Part shown: positions 12,801-26,713 of the stretch, piece by piece
Layout: each line of letters starts with the position of its first letter
Position numbering within the stretch: the stretch's first letter is position 1
Assembly (NCBI RefSeq): GCF_006345805.1
Contig: NC_043025.1
Coordinates: 10,540,001-10,604,000 of the forward strand
Length of the DNA: 64,000 bases
From: Octopus sinensis
Lineage: Eukaryota
Direction of reading: 5' to 3'
Notes under the pieces: model-generated
Seen by the model: the letters and a program-made list of their open reading frames with translations, nothing else
Database searches by the model: none
Told to the model about the DNA's origin: nothing
Translations under genes and position numbers: made by a program

Positions 12801-14203
12801 ACGAATAGCAAAGGACCACGTTTCGGACTTCTCCCACTACAGAGGCGCGATCTTGCGAGCTCTGGGACGAAGACCGCTTCACTCAACAAACAAACAAACA
12901 AACAGCAACAATAACAGTAGTGATGATAATAACAATATCAATGACAACAACATCAACAATCACCATGACAACTTCAGCTACAATGACAATAACAACAATA
13001 TTAGTGATTTCAAATTTTGCCTTAAGGTCAGCAATATCAGGTGAGAGCGTAAGTCAATTACACTGACCCCCAGTATTCGACTGGTACTTATTTTACTGAT
13101 GCTGAAAGGATGAAGGGCAAAGATGACCCCAGTAGAATTTGAACTCAAACCATCAAGACAAACAAAATACCGTAAAGTATTTTGCCTGGTATACTAGGCG
13201 AAGGTAAAGAATACGCACACCTGGTGGTTAGGGTTAGGGTTTAGGGTTAGTGTTAGGATTTAGGGTTAGGGCTTAGGTTAAGGTTTAGGGTTGGGGCTTA
13301 GAGTTAGGGTTAGGTTTAGGGTTTAGGGTTAAGGTTAAAGGTTAGGGTTTAGGGCTAAGGTTAAAGGTTAGGGTTTAGGGTTAGGGGTTAGGTTAAGGTT
13401 TAGGGTTGGGGCTTAGAGTTAGCGTTAGATTTAGGGTTTAGGGTTAAGGTTAAAGGTTAGGGTTTAGGGTTAAGGTTAAAGGTTAGGATTTAGGGTTAGG
13501 GCTTAGGTTAAGGTTTAGGGTTGGGGCTTAGATTTAGGGTTTAGGGTTAAGGTTAAAGGTTAGGATTTAGGGTTAGGGCTTAGGTTAAGGTTTAGGGTTG
13601 GGGCTTAGATTTAGGGTTTAGGGTTAAGGTTAAAGGTTAGGGTTTAGGGCAAAGGTTAAAGGTTAGGATTTAGGGTTAGGGCTTAGGTTAAGGTTGGGGC
13701 TTAGATTTAGGATTTAGGTTAAAGGTTAGGGTTTAGGGCTTAAAGTTAGGGGTTTGGGTTAGGGTTACACTGAAAACAGGTGGCGTGCATATTCTTTATT
13801 GGCTGAAATACCACAAGGTATTTTTCCTGGACTGTTGACAGTTCTGCAAGTTTGCTGTGTTGATGACAACCAAAATAATCCTTTCTAGAATAGGCACAAG
13901 ACCTGAAATTTAGGTGGGAAGGGACTAGTCGGTTACATCGACCCCAGTGCTCCACAGGTTTGTTTTCTCGACCCTGAAGGGATGATAGGCAAGGCCAACC
14001 TTGGTGAAACTCAGAACATGCTGACAGATGAAATACCAACCACAAAGCATTTTGCCCGGTCAGCTAACAGTTCAGCCAGTTTAATGTCTAGATGACAACT
14101 AATAATTATTACATGGTGGTGGTGAGCTGGCAAAAACGATAGCACGCCGGGCGAAATGCTTAACAGTATTTTGTCTGCCGTACTAGCTACGGCGGTACAT
14201 TTT

Positions 14204-14236
<33 letters not shown>

Positions 14237-15781
14237 GGCCCCTGCGTAAGAATGACACGCAAATTAGTGAAGCGTTCCATATTTAAAAAAAAAAAGGCGG
14301 CGAGCTGGCAGAAACGTTAGCACGCCGGACGAAATGTGTAGCCGTATTTCGTCTGCCGCTACGTTCTGAGTTCAAATTCCGCCGAGGTCGACTTTGCCTT
14401 TCATCCTTTCGGGGTCGATAAATTAAATACCAGTTACGCACTGGGATCAATGTAATCGACTTAATCTCCTTGTCTGTCCTCTCTGTGTTTAGCCCCTTGT
14501 GGGTAGTAAAGAAATAGGTATTTTGTCTGCCGTTACGTTGTGAGTTCAAATTCCGCCAAGGTCGACTTTGCCTGTCATCCTTTCGGAGTCGATAAATTAA
14601 GTACCAGTTACGCACTGAGGTCAATGTAATCGACTTAATACCTATGTCTGTCCCCTCTGTGTTTAGCCCCTTGTGGGTAATAAAGAAATAGGTATTTTGT
14701 CTGCTGTTACGTTGTGAGTTCAAATTCTGCCGAGGTCGACTTTGCCTGTCATCTTTTCGGGGTCGATAAATTAAGTACCAGTTACGCACTGGAGTCGATG
14801 TAATCGACTTAATACCTATGTCTGTCCTTGTTTGTCCCTTCTATGTTTAGCCCCTTGTGGGTAATAAAAAAAAAAAAAAGTTATGTAATAAGCACCATTC
14901 AAGCGTGAGTCAATGCCAGTGCCACCTGACTGGCTCCCCATACTGGTGACATGTAAAAAGCACCATCCAAATGTGGTTGATGCCAGTGCTGCTTGACTGG
15001 TCCCCATGCCAGTAGCATGTAAAAAGCTACCCACTACACTCTCAGAATGGTTGGCGTTAGGAAGGGCATCCTGCTGTAGAAACCTTGCCAGATCAGATTG
15101 GAGCCTAGTGCAGCCTACTGGCTTGACAGTCCTCAGTCAAACCGTCCAACCTATGCCGGCATGGAAAATGGACATTAACCCTTTAGCATTTAGATTACTC
15201 TGTCAAATGTAAAGCCTGTTTAATCACATTGTTTTAAATTAATTGTACAGCATCTTGTAACTCTGAGATTTTGATGAGGACCCTGTTTACTTTTAGAATG
15301 ACTTTGTAGGGTAGGTGTGAGAGGTCAGAGCTGGCTGGTTTGAGCATAAAACAGGAAGACAATTTTGGCCTGGTATGGCTGGTTTAAACACTAAAAAACG
15401 ATGATGATGATAAACTCACCTCTGTGCTTGAGATTTTTTCTTCTGTAAAGATTTTGTCTTGAAAGCTGAGTCTTTGGAATGTCCTGGAATAATTAACCGA
15501 TGGTAAAGAAAATAAGGATGAGTGGGTGAGAGACAGAAACAAACTGGGAAGAAACAACACCATTGGCATGACCCTTTTATCTTTTACTTGTTTCAGTCAT
15601 TAGGCTGTGGCCATGCTGAAGCACCACCTTGAAAAATGTTTAGTATATTGAATTGACCCCAGACCCTTCTTATTTTAAAGCCTGGTATTTACTCTATCAG
15701 ACTCTTTTTTGCCAAAACGCTAAGTTACAGTGATGTAAACATACCAACACCAGTTGTCAAGGAGTGGAAGAGAACAAACAA

Positions 15782-15857
<76 letters not shown>

Positions 15858-16151
15858 CGTGACCGACCAGGCTATCAGATGTTGCTACACATCGCTGGTC
15901 ACAACGCGATCGCATTGTTTTGGCCTTCAAACGACGCCACCCCGCTGGCTAGGCGAGCAGGCCAACAGAAGAAAGAGTGAGAGAAAGTTGTGGCGAAAGA
16001 GTACAGCAGGGATCGCCACCACCCCCTGCCGGAGCCTCGTGGAGCTTTAGGTGTTTTCGCTCAATAAACACTCACAACGCCCGTCTGGGAATTGAAACCG
16101 CAATCCTACGACCATGAGTCCGCTGCCCTAACCACTGGGCCATTGCGCCTC

Positions 16152-16216
<65 letters not shown>

Positions 16217-16511
16217 CGTGACCGACCAGGCTATCAGATGTTGCTACACATCGCTGGTCACAACGCGATCGCATTGTTTTGGCCTTCAAACGACGCCACC
16301 CCGCTGGCTAGGCGAGCAGGCCAACAGAAGAAAGAGTGAGAGAAAGTTGTGGCGAAAGAGTACAGCAGGGATCGCCACCACCCCCTGCCGGAGCCTCGTG
16401 GAGCTTTAGGTGTTTTCGCTCAATAAACACTCACAACGCCCGGTCTGGGAATTGAAACCGCAATCCTACGACCATGAGTCCGCTGCCCTAACCACTGGGC
16501 CATTGCGCCTC

Positions 16512-16570
<59 letters not shown>

Positions 16571-16727
16571 GACAGGCTTCTTTCAATTTCTAAGAAATCC
16601 ACTCACAAGGCTTTGGTCAGCTGAGGTTATAGCAGAAGACACTTGCCCAAGATGCCACGCAGTGGGACTGAACCCAGAACCATGTGGTTGGCAAGCAAGC
16701 TTCATAATCTTAACACACAGCTATGCC

Positions 16728-16779
<52 letters not shown>

Positions 16780-19164
16780 AGACATGCTTCTTTCAGTTTC
16801 CGTCTATCAAATCCATTCACAAGGCTTTGGTCAGCCGGAGGGTATAGTAGAAGAAATTTGACCAAGATGCCACACAGTGGGACTGAACCCAGAACCATGT
16901 GGTTGGGAAGCAACCTTCTGTCTTACCCACACAGTCACACCTGTGCCTTATTTTCAAAGATCGGTAAGCCTAGATATGCTTTTGTAGAAAAATAGAAAGA
17001 GACATTAAAAGCAACACTAATGACATCATCATCATCATTGTCATTAGTGTCCATTTTCCATGTTGGCAGGGATAAGATGGTTTGATTGGAACTGGTCAGC
17101 TGAACCGCTATGCCAGGCTCCAGTCTATTTCGCTTGGCTTCTATAACTGGATGCCCTTCCTAATGCCAATCACTTTACAGAGTATGTTGGGTACCTTCTA
17201 TGTATCGCTGGCATGGGTGCGTTTCATGTGTCAACATCTCTGGCCACGACTACAATTCCACAAAGTTTGATATGTCTTCTCAAGCACAGCAAATCACCAG
17301 AAGTCTTGGTCACTTTTGAAACACACAACATCCAAAGATCATATCTTACCACCTCGTTCCATGTCTTCCTTTTCCACAAGTTCCTTCCACAGTTAGAGAT
17401 TGGCATTTCTTTATGCACTTGCCCTCATCCATACCAGTGCAGCCATCCTTCTTGCACAGTATATCTGATGCCTCTTATGCCCAATTTTTCTCTCAAGATG
17501 CTTACTCTGTCGTACACACACACGCTGACATTGCACATCCAGCAAAGCATACTGGCTTCATTTCTTCCAAGCCTTTGCATCTCATCAGTAGCCACAGTCC
17601 ATATTTCACTAAGAAACAAAATAAATTATGCTCTACCTGTATTATCTTCCAGATCTTTCTTGATTCTGCTGGGGATTATGTGCAAAAGTCTTCCCTACAA
17701 AGAAAAACAAAAAATAAAAATAAATAAAAAAGGCAGGCAAATGCATGTTTGTTCCTTCTCGAGCCATGCCTGGCTCATAAGGGCCGGTTTCCCGATTTCC
17801 TTGGCATGTAGGTTCCCCACCTGGACAGGACGCCGGTCCATCGCAGGTGAGCTGCAAGATGCAGGAGGAAAGAGTGAGAGAAAGTTGTGGCGAAAGAGTC
17901 AGAAGTTCGCCATTACCTTCTGCCGGAGCCGCGTGGAGCTTAGGTGTTTTCGCTCATAAACACACACATCGCCCAGTCTGAGATTTGAACCCGCGATCCC
18001 TTGACTGCGAGTCCGCTGCACTAACCACTAGGCCATGTGCCTCCAGGTAAATGCATGGTATGTAACCACACATCTATTGCAACTTCAACTATTAAAGATC
18101 AGACACACTCCATATTGCTTTCTGTCTGCAATTAATTTAAATAAGGTGCAGGCATGGCTGTGTGATAAGAAGCTACAGAGTTCCCCTCTGAGGCACAAAT
18201 CCAGTCAAGGTTGTTTATGGAAGATCAGCAGCTGCCATGCATACCAGCCTCCTCTTTCTACACCACTGATGTGACCTAAGGGAAAGGCGGATACATCTTG
18301 GCACCAGTGATGTTGCAACTCATTTCTACAGCTGAGTAAATTGGAGCAAATTGGAGTAAATTGGAGCAAATTGGAGCAACGTGAAATAAAGTGCCTTGAA
18401 ATAAAGAACACAACACACAGTCTGGTCTGGGAATCGAAATCACTACCTCATGATTGCAAGCCCCATGCTCTAACCACTGAGCGATGTAGTGGACAACGAA
18501 AAACCTGGCTGATCTGGAGCCCAACCTAGGCCCCCATATCTACGGTGTTCACCGCTGGAATAAGGAGTGATTGGAGATCACACGGTTGTTAGCCTCAAAT
18601 CGCCAGGCCTGGTCAGCGTTTGTGAGAGATGCAGCATTGAGGATGAATGAAGCAAGCTCAACCCACCCCGGGTGAATGCTGTCAAGTCAAGTCAAGTAAC
18701 CACTGAGCCATGGGCCTTCACAGATAATACTTAAGGGATCTATAAAAAAAATTGGAAACCACACGCCATTCCCCCTCCCTCTCCAATCCATGCCACGCCA
18801 TTTCATAAGCTCCCTGCTTACCTGAAACGATGTACCATCCATCTCAGTCAATGCCCTCACTGCATTTTCAGGTATCATGTAAGTGATGAATGCAAAGCCT
18901 TTCATTTTATTGGTCGCGGTGTCCAGAGGGATATAAACTTCAACCAACGCACCTGGAAAATTAATAAGAGTATGGACAGGTGAGAAAAAGATACAAACAT
19001 ATACATAGGCATGGCTGTGTGGTTCAGAAGCTTGCTTTACAACCATGTGATCTAGGGTTCAGTTTCACTGCACAGCACCTTAGGCAGTAATTTCTACTAT
19101 ACTCCTGGGCTTACCAATGCCTTATGAGTGAATCTGGTAGACAGACACAGAGTAAAAGCCCATA

Positions 19165-19199
<35 letters not shown>

Positions 19200-19217
19200 T
19201 ACATACGTGTGTGTGTG

Positions 19218-19274
<57 letters not shown>

Positions 19275-22200
19275 AAACACACACATTCATACGTGTGCAT
19301 GTATGTGTAACTGTCAAACGATGAGAATGAGTGCTCAACACTGAACTGGTGGATAAAATTGTTAAGATATTAAGATATTTTTCTTAACATGAAACCAATG
19401 GTAACCATAATACACAAATAAAGATACACACACACACACATATATGTATGTATATATATATATACACATATACATAGTCTCGGAGTGGTTGGTGTTAGGA
19501 AGGGCAGCCAGCTGTAGAAACTTTGCCAGATCAGATTGGTGCCTGGTGCAGCCTTCTGGCTCACCAATCCTAAGTCAAACCGTCCAACCCATGCCAGCAT
19601 GGAACACGGATGTTAAACAACAATGATAATGACGATGATACAGTATTCTGTGTATAAGGAATCCCCTAATTTTAGGGGCTTAAAATTTGGAAAGAGGTTT
19701 TGTAAGGGATTATAATACAACCCATGTCTAAGAAACTCCCATGATTTTTTAACCTAATTTTTGACGAAAAAGGGTTCCTTATACACATTAAAATATGATA
19801 TATAAGAGTGTTGTAGTTCATTTGAAGCATTGTAGTAGAAAAAGAAAAGGAGAATGCAGAAAGTTTCACAAAAACCTTTACATTTCCGGTGCAAAGGCTC
19901 AACCTCAGAAGGAAGCTGTCCAAGAAATGTCTAATTATACTGATTTTACTTAAACTGCTTGGCATTTGGTTTAGCAGTAGTAGCAGCAACTCTCCAATTG
20001 TTGGTTGTTGTGATGCATTTTCACTTGGTGGCAGTGGAAGATGGTGTTGGTGATGTATGTTGTGATGTTGGTTATAGTTACAGTTACATTTTCATAGGAA
20101 CCATTGTCCCACTCCAATCAACTGTTAATTTTTGGGGTTGAAGTGGTGGATTAATATAGCTTCTTGATACAAAGGTTTCCAGTGTTCCTCTCTGAGACAA
20201 TATATATAAAAATTGTAGTGCAATATATGGATTCATAGAATCATGTGACTATCCCAGAAAGCGCCCTATTTGTACCATGCCCTGCATTCTGTTAGAGGTG
20301 GCCAGCAAACCATTAAGGAGCCACTATTAACAATAAAATTAAGAAGCAAAGTTCAAAAATAAACATACCATATTTGCTGAAATGCTTTTCTAAATCTTCT
20401 TCTGTACAGGTGTAAGGTAAGTTCCGAACAAACAGCCTTCCAGACTGAAAATAGAAATACATACATACATATTATAGGTGCAACCACGGCAGTGTGGTAA
20501 GAAGCTTGTTTTCCAACCACTTGGTTCTGAGTTCAGTTCCACTGTATGATACCTCAGGCAAGTATCATCTACTATAGCCTCAGGCTAACCAAAGCCTTGT
20601 GAGTGGATTTGGTAGACGGAAACTGGAAGAAGCTCATCATAAATATTTGTGCGTGTGTCTTTGTTTGTCCTCCACTATCACTGCTTGACAACCAGTATTT
20701 GTCTTCCTCTTCACCACCACCGCCGCCACCACCACCAGGTCGTGGTCTCAAAGCGACGAAAATATTTTGACAAACTGAATTTAAATGTAGAAGTGAATCT
20801 AACGGATTTTGTGTGTTTCTTAAGTGGGTTATAAACACCTTCCACGCTGCAATTATATATATATATATATATATATTATCATCATCATCGTTTAATGTCC
20901 GCTTTCCATGCTAGCATGGGTTGGACGATTTGACTGAGGTCTGGCGAACCAGACTCCAATCCGATCTGGCAGAGTTTCTACAGCTGGATGCCCTTCCTAA
21001 CGCCAACCACTCCGAGAGCGTAGTGGGTTCTTTTACGTGCCACCGGCACGAGGGCCAGTTTGGTGGTACTGGCAACGGCCACACCCAAATGGTGCTTTCT
21101 ACGTGCCACCTGCACAGGAGCCAGTCCAGTAGCACTGGCGACAACCTTGCTCAAATATTACACATGCCACCAGCACAAGTGCTAGTAAGGTGACGCAGGT
21201 AACGATCACGCTTGAATGGTGTGCTTAACGTGCCATCGGCATGAAGGCAAGCTTGTTGCTCTGGCAACGATCTCACTTGTATGGTACTCTTAGCGCTCCA
21301 CTAGCAACGGATGCCAGTCACCGACAGACACAATCAATATTGAATTGTTGTACTTACTTCACTCAGTTCTTCCTCTTCCTCATCTTCAGGTACAATCTGT
21401 CAAGATAGATGTAATTCATCAGAGATGGTACATCAAACATGCAACAGATGATATATCAGACATAGATGAAGCATAAAGCTATGGCGCATCAGACATGGTA
21501 CAACAAAATACCAGGCACATCAAACGTGACACATTATACATGTAACACAAAACATGGTTCCCCAGACATGGTTCACCAGACATGGTACATCAAACATGAT
21601 TTATAATGCATGGCATATCAAACATGGTGCTTTAAGCATGACATGTAATTCATAACACATCACAAGAAATATTACACAGAAAATCAAATACACATTGACA
21701 ATTAATACACAGTACATCAAACAAGATATACAATACGTAATACATTAAGCATGATATGTAATACATACACACCATAACATCTATAATAGAAGGTACATCA
21801 AACATGACACACACTAGATGGTCTACTGGCCACAACACATAATGAATAGTTTATCAAATGGAACATAATACATGGTTTATTAAATATATATATAGTAGTA
21901 GTAACAGAAAAGAGGAATTTCGGTTGTCCCCACGTGGTGACTTGTAATGTATATAAGAAATTAAAAAAGGAAAATACGCACACTTACATGGTCTTAATAT
22001 AATTTTTTATATATCGACCAGTTTCGCTATCGCTATTCATGATATAATGTTTAATTTATATGAATATTTATTTTTTCTTAAGAAGAAATTTGGTCCATGT
22101 TGTGTGTGATGAAATTCCATGACACAAAAATGGGGCATTAAACATGACACAATAAATGTGAAGATGGATGAAATGCTAAGCATTTTGCCTGAAATGCTAA

Positions 22201-23989
22201 CAACTCTGCCAGTTTGTCACCTTAATGATAATGACAAGAGCACTCAGAGAGTGCAAACCTCCATCAAGGCAACACCAATGTCCTCTCAATGATTAGCCAG
22301 AGATGATTTTTAAAATGAGAATATCTGAAATAAAACTGGACTGCTCTCACAAATGAAAATACTAAGAATGAACCCGACCATTCTCAAAAATTAAGTTAAA
22401 AAACTGGAAAAATAATCCAGAAACATTGTCCAGTACTGGAGCGATCCCCAAATCTAATCAATTTGAGCCAGACATGAAGCCAAAGTGTCATCCAAATCCA
22501 TCCAGCAGTTCCTGAGATATCTATTTCTTTACTGCCCACAAGGGGCTAAACACAGAGAGGACAAACAAGGACAGACAAACGGATTAAGTAGATTACATCG
22601 ACCCCAGTGCATAACTGGTACTTATTTAATCGACCCCGAAAGGATGAAAGGCAAAGTCGACCTCGGCGGAATTTGAACTCAGAACGTAAAGGCAGATGGA
22701 ATACCAATTTTTTTACTACCCACAAGGGGCTAAACACAGAGAGGACAAACAAAGACAGACAAATGGATTAAGTCGATTATATCGACCCCAGTGCGTAACT
22801 GGTACTTATTTAATCGACCCCGAAAGGATGAAAGGTAAAGTTGACCTCAGCGGAATCTGAACTCAGAACGTAGCGGCAGACGAAATACTTATTTCTTTAC
22901 TACCCACAAGGGGCTAAACACAGAGAGGACAAACAAGGACAGACAAACGGATTAAGTCGATTACATCGACCCCAGTGCATAACTGGTACTTATTTAATCG
23001 ACCCTGAAAGGATGAAAGGCAAAGTCGACCTCGGCGGAATTTGAACTCAGAACGTAACGGCAGATGGAATACCTATTTCTTTACTACCCACAAGGGGCTA
23101 AACACAGAGAGGACAGACAAACGGATTAAGTTGATTATATCGACCCCAGTGCATAACTGGTACTTAATTTATCGACCCCGAAAGGATGAAAGGTAAAGTC
23201 GACCTCGGCGGAATTTGAACTCAGAACGTAACGGCAGACTAAATACCGCTAAGCATTTCGCCCGACGTGCTAACGATTCTGCCAGCTTGCGGCCTTCCTG
23301 AGATATCTTGTCCATGGACAAACAAAGAAACATAAGTGGAAACTATATCTCCGCCTTAGCGAAGGCAGAGGTAATAATAATTCTTTGTAGTGAAGGCATA
23401 AGGCCTTGAAATCTTGGAGGAGGGAACTAGTCGATTACAACGACCCCAGTGTTTTACTGGTACTAAATTCATTAACCCCGAATGGATGAAAGGTGAAGTC
23501 GACTTTGGAGGAATTTGAACTCAGAATATGTTCTGAGTTCAAATTCCTCCAAAGTCAACTTTGCCTTTTATCGACTAAGAAAGGAGAAAAACACTGACCA
23601 AGATACTAAGAACCAAAACTGGTGAGAAATTTTAAAACTTACTTTTAGTTCAGCAGCAGTCTTCTTGTATGAATGTCCACCACCACCATCGTCATCATCA
23701 TCATCACCACCGGTTACAGTTTCCTTCAATGTGATCTTGGCACCATCTTGATGGGAAGTTGGCAACAAAAAAATTTTAGAGACAAGCTACCAAGATAGAT
23801 TCTTCAAATATAATTATTGATTATATATATTGATTATAGGCGCAGGAGTGGCTGTGTGGTAAGTAGCTTGCTTACCAACCACATATATATACATACATAT
23901 ATATATATATAATATATATATACATACATATATATATATATATAATATATATATACATACATATATATATATAATATATATATACATAC

Positions 23990-24023
<34 letters not shown>

Positions 24024-26679
24024 GTGGAGAAAAAGAGTGAGACAGGGAGAGAAAGAGAGAGAGGGGAAAGAGAATGGTATGAGATGATAATAAAAGCAAG
24101 ATAACAGAATAGTGACTGGCAAAGTGAAGGGTTCAACTCACTGATAAACTTCCCTTGTTTCTCCATGGCCATTTTTACATCTTCAGGATTAAAGAATTCG
24201 GCAAACACAATACCTGAAAGAGACAGACACAGATTTTATTTCATTTGACCCCCTGCTTCCTTTAAAGTGCAAAGTTCACTGAGGTCGACTTTGCCTTTCA
24301 TCCTTTCAGAGTCAATGAAATAAGTACCACACAACTAAACCCCCTCCCGCAAAATTTCAGGCCCCATACCTATAGTAGAAAGGATGATTATACAAAGTAT
24401 AGAGGGAGACACTCTTTAGATTTCAGTGACTAATATTCAATTTTGCAACCAAAATACTCAATAACTTGCTTCTTGAAATTTATGGTTAACCTGGCTGAGT
24501 ATTCCACAGAAACACTTAGAGAGGATTAGCATGACTCGGGGAGTGACAAAGCTGTGCTTTTTGAATTACAACTATAATCCACTCAAACAGTTTGGTTTCA
24601 CTGACGAGATTTTATTGCTTTGGGGCTTACTGTAAAGGACACATTAAGATGCACAGTGGAACTGAACCTGGGAACTTGTGGTTGCAAAGCAAACTTCTTG
24701 ATCACTTAGCCACTGTAACCAATGCTACTGCTGCTTCTTATTCTACAACACCACTACCACCACCACCACCTTCATCATCACCAACATTACCACCATCAAC
24801 CTCACCCATGCCACCTTCCCGACCCTGAACAACACCACCAACATAAACTGGTTTATCCCAAATTGTTTACTCACCAAACTGTCTGTGATTGAGACCACGG
24901 GGTATGTGGACTTGTTTCACTTTGATGGGGTAGAAGAACTCCTTTATAGTGTCCTGAAATTTCAAAAAAAAAAATATATATATTCTTTAGCAGTACTCTG
25001 AGATTGACAAAATGTGTAAATGTCCCCTGCCCACCACCGAAAAAAAGACTAAAACAGGAGGATACATTTGCCAAACTATATCTGGTTCATCTCCTCATCT
25101 CCATGCGTTCTCTGCAGACATCTAGGAAAATAGTCTTTGCAGAATGTATATATAGGCGCAGGAGTGGCTGTGTGGTAAGTAGCTTGCTAACCAACCACAT
25201 GGTTCCGGGTTCAGTCCCACTGCGTGGCATCTTGGGCAAGTGTCTTCTGCTATAGCCCTGGGCCGACCAATGCCTTGTGAGTGGATTTGGTAGACGGAAA
25301 CTGAAAGAAGCCTGTCGTATATATGTATATATATATGTGTGTATGTGTTTGTGTCTGTGTTTGTCCCCCTAGCATTGCTTGACAACCGATGCTGGTGTGT
25401 TTACGTCCCCGTCACTTAGCGGTTCGGCAAAAGAGACCGATAGAATAAGTACTGTGCTTACAAAGAACAAGTCCCGGGGTCGATTTGATCGACTAAAGGC
25501 GGTTATCCAGCATGGCCGCAGTCAAATGACTTAAACAAGTAAAAGAGTAAAGAGTATTTGTGTATACACAGACTCATCTGATGATTCTGTGGAGAATCAA
25601 CAACCAGCCCAGAAGAACCCTCAATTTGTTACAACACTGACCAGAAGAAACCAGGCTACCCAACATTGGAAAGGATCAGTGCAACCCACATGACCATTTG
25701 AGAAATCATCTAATGTGACAAAATTCATGATGCTACATGGAATGTCCAGTCACTCCTTTACTCTTTTGGCAGCCACTCTGCTGTCCCTGTGAAGAACCCC
25801 GCAAAAACAGCCCAATATCATTACAAAAAGACTAATGCATACTTACAGAGTGATATCGACCAGTGAGGCCCTTCAATCGAACGGAGTATCTTATTGGTTG
25901 AGTTTCAGGCTGTGGAATAATAAAAATAAAAAAAAGAAAACTCAAATGATTATGGGCGTTAAAATGTGTCGTGGGCCTTATGATCATAGATCTTTTGAAT
26001 CAGGGCAAATAAGGGGCTAAACAACAACATTAGATAATAATAATAACAACATCACCTTAGGATCTTCGGTCATTTTATTCTCAAGGGGATCTCTTGGTGT
26101 CGTCTTTTCTACCGGATGGCCACCACTGGCTGGAATAATCACGAAAAAATAAAATACGATTCATATGATAAAATTATATTTTAATATAGTTTTAATTATT
26201 AAAACTTTTGTGATTAAAGTTCTAATGAGATATTAATTATGTGTGTTAATTAATTTTTAAAATAATCCTGATTTGGCAGGATTTAGTAAAATAATTTTTT
26301 CATTAAGCTAGTTTCTTCTTCTTCATCACCACCACCATCACGACTTATTCTTTGTAAGCCCAGTACTTATTCTATCGGTCTCTTTTGCTGAACCGCTAAG
26401 TGACGGGGACGTAAACACACCAGCATCGGTTGTCAAGCAATGCTAGGGGGACAAACATAGACACACAAACACATACACACACATATATATATACATACAT
26501 ACATATATACGACGGGCTTCTTTCAGTTTCCGTCTACCAAATCCACTCACAAGGCATTGGTCGGCCTGGGGCTATAGCAGAAGACACTTGCCCAGAACCA
26601 TGTGGTTGGTTAGCAAGCTACTTACCACACAGCCAATCCTGCGCCTTATTTATGTATTATTTATATTAATATATATATT

Positions 26680-26713
<34 letters not shown>

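Noticed and set aside
13226-13766. Chromosome end or fusion site
   Set aside because: Single orientation, degenerate units, inside an intron of an intact gene.
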